Shown: positions 48,695 through 59,926 of the stretch, piece after piece
How the letters are laid out: every line of letters begins with the position of its first letter
Numbering within the stretch: the stretch's first letter is position 1
NCBI RefSeq assembly: GCF_009914755.1
Contig: NC_060925.1
Length of the DNA: 64,000 nucleotides
Strand: one strand, 5' to 3'
Source of the DNA: the human T2T-CHM13v2.0 reference genome, Homo sapiens
Position numbers and translations under genes: made by a program
The notes under the pieces: model-generated
Told to the model about the DNA's origin: nothing
Database searches by the model: none
What the model saw: the letters and a program-made list of their open reading frames with translations, nothing else

Positions 48695-49936
48695 CAGTTA
48701 TTGTTTTGAATAGGAGACCTGCCTGTAGCATTAGGCTGAGAATTTGTTGCTAACTTGGGTCTTATGTCCACCTCAGAGCATGTAAAGGGAATCACGGTAG
48801 CTTGGGAACTCCATACCACATTTCTGGAATTCTGGCCAAGAGTTCCTCAAAACAATTTCATATATAGTTTTTCTGTGATGAAGATCTTGGACAATGGGTA
48901 CCATGAGGCGGCCTATCACTGAAGTAGCTTTATAATTCCCAAAATATGGAAGAGCAGCCAGTTTGATGAGGACTCTTGGTTATTCTTTAGCAGTCAAGGA
49001 GCAAAATTGTTACTGTAGCTCCTTGCATGAGAGTTATTGATTCATGGATTTTTCTAATTTTTCCCCCAATTATTTGGTTCAACAATTCTTGGATTTCTAC
49101 TCTGGGTCTAGAACTATGCTAGACTCTGTGGCAGTGAATAAAACAGACATAGTTCCTGATAGGTCATTCCTCTGTAGGTGGTTAATAGAACACACCATGA
49201 GAAACATTGAGATGGAGAAAACAGACTTGCAAATGGACAATTGCAATATTAATTGCTGGAGCTTCTGGAAAGGAAGCAGATAATGAACAAGTGTCCAACT
49301 CAGTCATAAGCAAGGGGTAGAGGATTACTCTGTGGAGAATATAAAATCATCAGACAAGTTTCATGGTGATCTGTGGTCTTCTAGGGACAGTTGTGACCCA
49401 CTTACCAGTCTTTTCATTATTTTGTAGTTCAAACAACTGCACAGTCAATAGTGTCCTCTCTGTATAGAATGGATGATTGAACTTATCTATAGAGTTACAT
49501 CAAGACAAAAGACAGAAGAAAAGGGTCTATTATTAATAGAACATATAGACTGGATTTGGAATGAGAAAGTTCTGAAATCAAGTCAGTTCTGGCTCTTGGT
49601 GACAGTCTCTGTTACAGGCCATAGGTTCTATGTACTCCACTCTCCCCTGTCTGTGATTGGCTTTCTTAGCTCATTCATGGGGTCTGCTCCTTCACAGCTT
49701 CAGCTTGCAGAGTCACACTGCTACTTAATGAGTGTGTCAATGTACCAGGTCCTTTGCAAAGTGTTTTATGTGCCTTTTCACAAAAACTTTAGGTCGCATT
49801 ATTTACATTGTACGGATGAAGCAACTGAGGCTAAGAGAAGTTAAGTTTTACAGAGACGACAGCTAAGAAGTATTGTCCTTGGGATCCAAACCCAGATTTT
49901 GTCCAAGATTCACACTCTCAGCTTTGCTATATGACT

Positions 49937-50570
49937 ATGTGTGTGTGTGTGTATATATGTATACATACACATGTATACACGTGTATATATACACATACAC
50001 ATGTATACACGTGTATATATACACATGCACATGTATACACGTGTATATACACATGCACATGTATACACGTGTATATACACATGCACATGTATACACGTGT
50101 ATATACACATGCACATGTATACATGTGTATATACACATGCACATGTATATATGTGTATGTATATACATACACATACATACACGTGTATATATGTGTATGT
50201 ATATACATACACATGTATATATGTGTATATATACACATATGTATATATACACATATATACACATATGTATATATACATATATACACGTATACATATACAC
50301 ACATGCATATATATGTATATGTATTTGTATATATACACACACGCATATATATGTATATGTATTTATATACAGCCATCTAATAGCTATATTTATTCTATAT
50401 CTATATCTGTGTACATATATATGTATACAGAGGTGTATACATACATATATGTGTGTGCATATCAGGGAATATATAGCCATGTATATACATCTGTGTATAT
50501 ATTTGTGTGTTTGTGTGTGTATGTATATATGTGTGTATATATATGCCTATATATTTTCTGCTATATACAT
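49937..50570. repeat. Purine-pyrimidine micro/minisatellite with a 28-30 bp unit (gtgtatatac[ac]acatgcacatgtatacac)
   Basis: Direct reading; about 630 bp of near-alternating RY sequence. Confidence 0.95.
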
Positions 50571-51199
50571 TATGAGATTCATGGTTCCTATGGCCCCCTC
50601 TCATATCCTTATAGTTTTAACTACTACTTCTAACTGCTTTTTCCTCAGTATTTCCTAACTAAAATTTTTTAGAATGAAGTCTTGTCCCAGTTAATATTTC
50701 TGCCATGCCTTAGGTGCTGTAGATTGGTTGCCTTGATGTCACATATCTATCCTGGTCCCATCAGTTGACCCCCCCTGGGAAAGAATCAACTAGTACTGAG
50801 CAGAGATTGATGGGTAGGACAATTTCACTTATATGGATGAGGAACATTAAGGATTGGCAGTATATCACACAATAAGCTTTTATTGGTCTATCATGTACCA
50901 GTACACATGTGGGTAAATGTTCTCTCTGACGTCAGACTAGTAGCTCAGAGCTTTTGCTTTGGTGTTTGAAGGCCCAGGTTTGTATACTGACACCACCATC
51001 TAAAAGTTGTATTACCTTGGGCAAATAACTTTATTTCTTTGAGGCTTTTCTCTATTGGCAACATAGGAATAGCCATAAGTTCCTTTCCGGGTACTGAGAC
51101 CCTCCTAGCTATAGACACTGGGCTAAATAGAGCTCCAGGATGCATGAGTTACCATCCTGGCAAGCTTGCTTGCAGTCTAGCATTAGTTCATAAGACTAA

Positions 51200-51360
51200 T
51201 GTCAGGGCGGGGAAGGGGGGTCTATAAAATGCATATTCCAGGACCCACCCCCCACCTCCAAAGATTCTGCTTTAGTAGACCTGGAATAGAGCACAGGATT
51301 TGCAGTTTATTAAGTGTCCTGAGGCTAGTGTGTTTGGTGGATCACACTTTGAGAAACAAG
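51200..51360. mobile_element. MER5A
   Basis: aaaatgcatattccaggacccaccc...gattctgcttt...cacactttgagaaac. Confidence 0.65.
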
Positions 51361-51689
51361 GTGGAGAAATCAAAGCTTTCAAGTGGAAAATCACAATGTT
51401 GCTTGTTAAGCGCTGAGGGGACATTAAGTGCTGAGAGGAGAACCAAGAGCTTTGGAGCACCAAAGAGGAGCCGTAAACTCTGTGGGGGTAGGTGTCACAG
51501 AAATGACACCTCAGCTGAATAGGGGACCTAGCAAGTGGAGAGAAGGGGAAGAATTTTGAGGCTGCCATATAGGTGTTTTCTGGGAGTGGTGAGGCAACTG
51601 AGGGGCACAGTGGCTACAAAAAGGCCAGAAGAGCAAACAGGGTCAGAGCACAAAGGGCCTTGTTTGTTAAGTTTACTTATCTGTGATGG

Positions 51690-52250
51690 GGCATCAGAAA
51701 TGTTTAGATTAGTGAATGACAAGTTGAGATTTGACTTTTAGAAAGTTGATTTTGACTTCCATGTGAAGAACAGAATGAGGGGGAACAGAGAGACTGCACA
51801 GAGACCCATGAGGAGACTGGTCATAATACAGGCAAGCTGCAATGAGGAACTGAAGTCAGGCCATAGGATGCAGATGGACAGCGGGGGATGGACACGGGAG
51901 ATATGTTGGGAGCTGGGGTGGATGGAGAGTGCGTACCTAGCTTGCAGAGTGGGTGACATCCACCTAGATTTGCAGCCAGACATGGATTTAGGTGGAACAT
52001 GGGGGAAAGCAGTAATGAGTTTTCATTCAGGTATATCTACTAGAGAAGTCAGGAACTTGCTAGAAAAAATGGAGATCCAGGTTGAGCTTTATTTAGAAGT
52101 ATGATAAACTCGTGTTTGGTAATAATTGAAGGCATAGATGTGGTCGAGAGTCCTCAAAAAGAAGAACCTTAGAGTGAAAAAAAGGTGACATTGGATTAGC
52201 ATCCCAAGAAATAGGACCTCAAGAAATACCAACATATAAAAGATGGGCAA
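51690..52250 (-). mobile_element. L2 relic
   Basis: gagacccatgaggagactg...atgagttttcatt...ggcatagatg. Confidence 0.5.
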
Positions 52251-52646
52251 TAAATGCCTATTGTGAAGGCATTTCAGAAGGAGTTTAGAGATGTGTGACA
52301 CCTTGGTGATGGTAACCTTGAAGAATCAAATAAAAAAATAATGCTATATGTCATTATTATTTTTGTTCTTTACTCTTCCACTAATCACATGGACTAATAT
52401 GCTTTCTCTTGCGGAGTGTCATGTCAAAGGTACAACAATTTAAAAAACGGAAGTTAAAGGATCATCTTTCTAACAAATGTCAGCTCAACTCCAGGAATAG
52501 AAGACATACAGGTAGGTTTTTACCTCATTATTAACTCAAGAATCATTTTTCCAGTACTACTATGTGCTTGTGTGGATGATGTGGAGGTGAAGGGATTGGT
52601 CCCCACACTCAACATGCTTGCCTTAGTATGTAAAACAAACATCACA

Positions 52647-52784
52647 GGCTAGGCGCAGTGGCTCATGCCTGTAATCTCAGCACTTTGGGAGGCCGAGGCA
52701 GGTGGATCACCTGAGGTCAGGAGTTTGAAACCAGCCTGGCCAACATGGCGAAACCCTGTCTCTACTAAAAATACAAAAATTAGC
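52647..52784 (+). mobile_element. AluS left arm only
   Basis: Stops at aaaaatacaaaaattagc with no right arm or tail. Confidence 0.85.
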
Positions 52785-53289
52785 AGGGGAGTTGAGAATG
52801 GAGAAGTGATCTCAATGAGGTAAAAATGGGCCAGGGAGAGCTTACAAGAGAAGATGACTTTTTAATACAATATAGTCAAAGATGTAAAACAGAAGGTTTT
52901 GCTGTAAAATGAAAAGAGTCCTAAATCCAGGTTCTAATCCTGCTACCACCTCTGCTAGGTAACCCTGGACTAGTCCTTTAACCTTCCAGTGTTGGCTCTG
53001 TTCTCCAGGAACCTGCAAGCAGCAACCACACAGGGCTTGGAAGGGAGAGTGGCTGTTCTCCACACACAGCAGGTTGACTTGTTCCAGGTGCTTCCAACAG
53101 GTGATTTCTCAGCGAGCCTGAGCCAGTAGTCAGGGACAAACAGGAAGGTTAACCTTGCCTCTCCATGCTTGGGAGAACAGGTGTGTGCGCGGTGGACTCC
53201 GGTTCAGTCGTTCTTTTTCTTTTTTCTTGCTTTTGATGGGATCAGATGGTTCATTTCCAAAGAGAGACAGAGAGAACTGTATCGTATTT

Positions 53290-53500
53290 AGGAGCAATAG
53301 CCTTGGAGTAAGACTTGTGCTTAAACTCTGGATTTGTTTCTTATCCCCTGGGTGACCTCTGGCAATTTATTCCACCTCTCTAAGCCTCAGTCTTTGTTAC
53401 CTAAAAAATTGGGATAAAGATACGTACCTCCTATGGCATGTCGCGGAGATTAAAGGATAATGTGCACACCCCCGAGCCCAGTGCCGGGCACACGGTGGCT
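53290..53500 (+). mobile_element. MIR
   Basis: gtgacctctggcaatttattccacctctctaagcctcagt...cagtgccgggcaca. Confidence 0.6.
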
Positions 53501-53865
53501 GGTTGCAACAGAAATCTGTGGGTGGAACGCTAGCTAGCCATTGTGATGAATAACATCAAGGAGAGGGAGTGGACCTACACATGGCAGTCCCCTTCTTCCC
53601 CAACCGCTGCCAGGCAGACAGCCAGCGTCCTAGAACTTAAAGGACTTTTCGATGGCTGGAACCTGGGCCGGGTGGGCTCCCTGGCGCGGACGGAGGCGGG
53701 GAGCGCTGGCGGGGGTCTCCGTCTCCAGCCACGGGAAGGTCCGTGGGCTCCCCTGCCCGGGCTGGGCCGGTCCCCGAGCAGAGAGAGAGGCTGGTCCCCC
53801 GGCCCCCGGCGTCCCGGGGGGCAGGTTCTGAGGCGGGAGCCAGGGAGAGAGAGGAGGGGCAACCG

Positions 53866-53878
53866 GGGGAATTTCCCC
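53866..53878 (+). promoter_or_regulatory. Consensus NF-kB site GGGGAATTTCCCC
   Basis: Exact match to GGGRNWYYCC (53867-53876); function untested. Confidence 0.55.
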
Positions 53879-54346
53879 GCCTCTCTTGCTGGTTCCATAA
53901 ATCACCGCAGCCGCCGCGGCGGCCCAGCCGGGAAGTGCACAGAGCCGGAGCGCAGCGTGGTGGCACCAGACGCCTCCCTTTCCCCACCGCTTGCTTTCTT
54001 TCTTTCAGTTGTGTGGGTTTGTGAAGCCTCCCCTTTCCCTCCTCGCTCGGGTGGCTGCCCCAGTCTCGCAGCCCGGCCGCCGCTCCTCTTCCCCGGGGGC
54101 CGCCGTCAGTCCTCGCCGCCGCCTGCTCGCTGCGCTGGGACTCGCAGGAAGCGAGAGCCGCGCGGCTCGGCTCGGGCTCCGACTCCGACTCCGATTCCGA
54201 CTGTCAGCCCCGGGGCCCGCGCACCCCGGCCTGCGGGCGCCCCTGCTCTCGGAGACGCCCTCTGCGCCGCGGGGCCCGTGTGGGCGCCGGGCTCCGGGGA
54301 CCGCTCGGGCGGCCGCCTCCTACCCCCACCGCCGCGGAGCCCCGCG

Positions 54347-54376
54347 ATGGTGGCCGCCCGCGCTCCCGCGCTGTAG
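54347..54376 (+). other. Upstream ORF MVAARAPAL*
   Basis: gcgATGg (G at -3 and +4); TAG at 54374-54376; requires the TSS to lie upstream of 54347. Confidence 0.55.
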
Positions 54377-54541
54377 CCGGGCGCCCCCTAAGTTTGGGAG
54401 CCTTCGCCACCGCGGCGCGGAGCAGAGCCTGCAACAGAGGAAGAAACTTTTGCGGGGTGCGCCGCGCTTTTGCGGGGGGCACCTCCCGCGGCCCGCTTCC
54501 CCGCGCCCGGAGCCCGTCGGCGGGGAGTGGGGGGAGGCAGC

Positions 54542-54739
54542 ATGGCCCGCCAGCCGGAGGAAGAGGAGACGGCCGTGGCCCGGGCGCGGCGGCCGCCCCT
54601 CTGGCTGCTCTGCCTGGTCGCGTGCTGGCTCCTGGGCGCCGGGGCCGAAGCCGACTTCTCCATCCTGGACGAGGCGCAAGTGCTGGCGAGCCAGATGCGG
54701 AGGCTGGCGGCCGAGGAGCTGGGGGTCGTCACCATGCAG
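54542..54739 (+). CDS. CACHD1: CACHD1 coding exon 1 (VWA and cache domain-containing protein 1, alpha2delta-like); 66 codons including signal peptide
   Basis: agcATGg Kozak; MARQPEEEETAVARARRPPLWLLCLVACWLLGAGAEADFSILDEAQVLASQMRRLAAEELGVVTMQ recognised as the CACHD1 N-terminus; hydrophobic h-region; CAG|GTAAGT phase-0 donor. Confidence 0.95.
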
Positions 54740-55973
54740 GTAAGTGGCCCCCGAGCTGGCCAGACATCCCGCCTTTCTCCTTTGCTCAAACTCCCATCCC
54801 ACTCCCGGTACAAGTCCCCTGGACTGTGTGCATCGGCTCCTTGCATACATAGAGCCCGGCTTCCCGTCGGACCCCTCTGTCCTCTGCACAGACCCCCTGA
54901 CAATACACCAACTCTTCTTCCATGCATTCGTCTACCCCTGCCCTTCTCTGGAGAATCCCCTGCCCTCTGCACGGAACCCACTTGACCCTGCACAGCCCCC
55001 CTCTTCTGAGTACCAGCGCCTTCATCTCGTCAAGGATTCTCCAGTTTCCTCGCACGTCTTCTCTAATTTGCACACATTTCCCATGTAGGCTTGTTTTCAC
55101 CCTGCCACGCCTGCAAACTCCCCCTTTGTGTCCCCATCCCAGAGCAGCCAGCCCCGTCTGGCTCGGACGATTTTCCGAAGTCCCCACCCCACCCCCTTGA
55201 CCGCGTCCTCGCGTCCTCGCGTCCTCCCTACCGAGGCGCACCAATGGGCGCCGGGAGGGAAGGCGCCGCAGAGTACGCAGCTGCCCCGGGGACACCTAGG
55301 TCCCGGCGGAGAGCGGCCCTCCGAGTGGGCTCCGCGCTCCTTTCCCCTCCCGGGAGCATGGGGGGAGGGGCTGGCCTGGTAGATTCTGGGTAGACTCCCG
55401 ACTCTAATCCTGCTGGGGGACTCTTTTTGTTGCTTTCCGCATATCCTGCTGTAGTTTGCGTGCTGTCTGCTGTATGATTTTTGTTTCGTGTGTGCCTTTT
55501 TGGGTCGAAGAAAAAGGGAGCAAAGTGAATAAGGTTCCCATTTCTCCAGATTGTTTATCATGTCCGTCCTCCTCGGGAGAGGAAGGAGGGCTGACAGAAA
55601 AACTGCCCGCAGCTAGTAAGGAATCCTGATGATGTTACTCACGACCAACAGTAGTAAAAATTGCTGAACACCAACCACCTGGAGATTCTGCCCCGCTGTT
55701 ATTTTAATCCACTTGGCCATAAAGGCCCACTAGATTAGGAGAGGTTGAGATGACATTCCCAGCTTGAAACCTTTGCTATAACATTCTTAGATAAAATAAC
55801 ACCATTCTCTTACACATTCTAACAATCATGGGGATGAATGTGGTTTTCGAAAGATTGAAGTTTCCAAGAATGCGTTCTTGGAATAGGTTTCTGATTTCCA
55901 TCCTACTGTGACCACTCCTTCCACCTCCCACCGGGAGAGGTGTTTAAGTCACTTTTGGGATTTAGGTTTCTTA

Positions 55974-56109
55974 CTTCTTTCTTCTTCGTCGTCGTCGTCC
56001 TCCTCGTCTTCTCCTTCTCTTCTTTCTTCCTTCTTCTTCCTCCTCCTCCTCCTTCTCGTTCTTCTCCTCCTCTTTCTTTTCTTTTTCCTTCTTCCTTCCT
56101 CTTCTTTCC
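55974..56109 (+). repeat. Pyrimidine-rich triplet tract (TTC/TCG/TCC)n
   Basis: Direct reading. Confidence 0.9.
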
Positions 56110-58129
56110 ACTTCCCCACACCAATCTCCTCCCAAGAGGTTACAATTTTCTTGAGGAAAGTTCCACAGACCTTCTCTACTGTGGGGAAAGACCACCGGAA
56201 TTTTTTAAAGGGTGACATGAGGACTGAGGAGTGGATGGATTTTGAAAGGTAATTTTGCATTTATTTGCAGACACCCAGCCCTGAAGTGCAATGGAGTTGG
56301 GTTTTCTTGATTTGCATAATAATAGATAAGCTTTTAAGATGCATCATTCAACTATGCCGATCTTTCAGGTTCAGATTCAGTTGCAATTTTTTCCATATGC
56401 ATTTTCTGATTTCTGATTATTGCTGAGTTCTTAGGAGTGAAGTGACTTTTAGAAAAGATAGAAAACTAGGATTAAAAAAACAGTGGTGAATATTTCCATT
56501 CAGAGCACAATTGTATTTTTGCATTGAGGCACCTCTTTTAATAAAGGAAACTTAATATATTGGAGTTGTGGACTCTGCTTGTAGGATTTGTAGGCACTTG
56601 CCACCTTCACTCCATCCCTAGGGCTGGACAAGAAATCTTAGGATTCCCCCCTATCCCGCCCCCCCACGCCTTTTCCTTGTAAGCTAAGGACTTGCTTTTT
56701 CTAAGATGCTGACAGCCATTTTACTGTTTCTCACCCAGTCCTTGACAAAAGGTGAAATTGGATCCCAACACATTGTCATTCAGGTAGGGATCCTAAGCAA
56801 ATGTAGTTTTAAAAGGCTGCCCTGTTGAAAAAGACACTTCGAAAAAAAGCTCTGATCGGTGGGGGGTTTGTGCCCAAATGGTCCTTTATCTCCTCCCAAC
56901 TGGCCTCTTTCTAACACCTTTGCAACCTCATTGTGGAAACGGACCTCCTGTGGACAGGGTTTTGTCTGGCAAAATGTGAAGTGGCTTCTCTCCTTTTTTG
57001 AAAGGAGACACACATACTGTATTTAAATTCTGCTTCTTGAGCTGTACATTGATCTGCCACTTGCTTCTAACTGGGAAAATTGCAGAAAGTGTCTCTTTTT
57101 AATTTAGTTAGACTGGTCGGAAAAAAAAAAGTCGAATGCAGGTTAGATTTTTGGCCTTAGAACAAAGATTTTGAGCCCCACATTCTCATCTGTAAACCTT
57201 TGGGATTTGTTCAGTGGGTCTGAAATTATGTGGGTTTAGTTACCTAAAGTGTAGGTTATATAGCCCTCCCTGCAGCATGATGGATTTTATAGAGGTGGAG
57301 CTAATCTGTTTTTCAGAGGTAAGCCTCACATAGGCTTTAAGGTGTGACTTCCTACGAAGATGGTCAGGGTGGGGGTGGAGAGGGGGATAGTTGTGTCTCT
57401 TTGGAAAAGAATGTCTTCCCTTGCTTAAGGGATTGACTCCTTTCATTTGACCTTGGCATTTTGAGCATAGTACAGGCCTTTCAGGACACCATCTCACTTT
57501 ATGAGAAACATTCTATAGGCCTCTTTATATGTAAAAAGCCAATGTTCAGACTTTTATATTGCTTCTGCTGCTGAAATTCTCGAAAGACGATTTTAAAGTT
57601 TGAGAAATTATAAAGTAGCCCTCAAACCAGGCCTGTTGTTTTGCAGCATTTCAAGTGGCAGCACTTACTGCTTATAAGGAGTTGCAAGGGGGTAATTTTA
57701 CAAAAACAAAAACCTAGGCTTCTTTTAGCACTATAGTTTCCCATGACGTAGTTTTCGCACTTGCTGATAGAGAAGACAGTTTGAAAAGCGTCTACCTTGA
57801 AGATTTTCTTGGAAAATTCTCCAGTGGGGGCTGCCTACTCATGATTTTTGTTGTTCCTTTTTAATAACGGACAAAATATATTTTAAAAAATCTTTAAATA
57901 AGTTGTGCCAACCAATTTTGCCAGTACTCTGGGAAAGCTGTCACTGAATACTGTTCCCCTGACAGCAGACATCATACATCATGGATAAAAGTCAAAAACC
58001 TAATCATCATCTCCTCATGGGTCTGGTGCAGAGGAGCCATGGTGGCATTGAGGTCTGGGAGCAGTAAGTGGCTGTGTCCAGGGAGACGGGTTTTTGCCTA
58101 TTTATTCATGCAACAAGTTTTTATCAAGC

Positions 58130-58300
58130 AGCATCGTGGAGTGGAAAGAGCCCCACATTGGGTAGGTAGAGACCTGGATTCCAGCTCTGCCATTTGCAAG
58201 TTGGGTGATTTTATCTGTAAAATTGAGGATGGTGATTCTTCCTCAAGATTTGCTCTGTGGACTTAAAGGAAATAGTGCATGTAAAGGCATCTGTTAATGT
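58130..58300 (+). mobile_element. MIR
   Basis: gtggagtggaaagagc...gacctggattccagctctgcca...atctgtaaaatt. Confidence 0.65.
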
Positions 58301-58968
58301 TAAGCCAGGGCTGAGAAATATTGATGGATGTGGTTGTTCTCAAATGGAGAAATGATTATTGGAAGCTTACTGAGCATGGAGCTCTATGCTGGGTATTCAG
58401 GGGATTTTACAAGGACGTATTCCAGCACAACTCCTTAAGGAGTTTACATTCTCGAGGAGGAGATAAGATTGCACAGGTAAACCAGCTAAGTAACAATGCC
58501 TGCTTGTTAGAAGGCATATCTGGCTCTGGGAGCCATTTCGCCAGGCACTTATAAGGCCCATTTAACATTATAGGACAGTACAGGCTTCCTAACAGCAAGG
58601 GCCTGGCACAAGGCCAGTGTGCCTGCCTTAAAGTTAGCCCAACTCTGCTGGGCTGGGCACACTTACTATGAACTTGGCAGACAGACCAGCAGGTTGGTCA
58701 GACAGCTGCTGGATGAGGCCTGGGAGGGAGGGAGGAGCAGGGTTTCTTCCAGTCAGGGCAGAAGAAATACCAGAAGCAAGAACTGGAGCTTCAACTCCAA
58801 TTGAAGAAAAAGCAGCAGCTAGAACAGAGGCATGTTCAGGAACTGAAGGACTCAGCTGGGGCAGAAGTGTCAAAGATATAAAGCAATGTTGTAAATACTG
58901 ACTACAGCTGGAATTAAAGAGCAACGCTTCTTTGTATGCAGTAAAACAACAATGCACTAAATTCCTTC

Positions 58969-59614
<646 letters not shown>

Positions 59615-59905
59615 GGGTTAGATTAAACTGGCAATCACAGGTGACTAAAGCCTAGTCCATGCCCTTAATCTGTCAACTAATGATGGAAATAGACACAAAA
59701 AGAGGCATTATGATACAGGTGGTTAGTGAGAGACATAGAGGCATTACACTGCAGTAGGTTAGTGCAGTGGTAGAGAGAGAAACAGGATATTATGGGAGCA
59801 TAGAGGAGCCTTGCCCAAGCCCCTCTGGTGAAGTCAAGGAAGTTAGCTACTTCTCCATTGTCCTTTTCAGTGAAATGTCCACACACACAGGCCAGTCCTG
59901 AAGGA

Positions 59906-59926
59906 AGCAGCAGCAGCAGCAGCAGC
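59906..59926 (+). repeat. (AGC)7 microsatellite
   Basis: Direct reading. Confidence 0.9.

Larger units (their letters stand above)
53640..55400. promoter_or_regulatory. CACHD1: CpG island: CACHD1 promoter / exon 1 / start of intron 1
   Basis: Abrupt rise in GC and CpG density spanning the first coding exon; TSS not determinable from sequence alone. Confidence 0.9.

Noticed and set aside
49960-50150. CRISPR-like periodic palindromic repeats
   Set aside because: Head-to-tail tandem units without unique spacers, no cas genes, and the DNA is human.
49873-50658. Long ORFs (up to 261 aa) in six frames, rich in Y/I/H/T/C/V/M
   Set aside because: Artefact of the RY microsatellite, which rarely contains stop codons.
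54470-54985. 171-aa ORF as a single-exon gene
   Set aside because: It begins at a non-ATG codon and reads through the CAG|GTAAGT donor; the real CDS part is 54542-54739.
53543-55561. Overlapping 150-277 aa ORFs on both strands
   Set aside because: Expected in GC-rich CpG islands; P/R/G/A low complexity. Only 54542-54739 matches a known protein and has a splice donor.
55903-56260. Poly-E/K/R or poly-S/L ORFs
   Set aside because: Translations of the pyrimidine triplet tract.
59906-59926. CAG repeat as a polyQ locus
   Set aside because: Only 7 units, intronic, no exon context.
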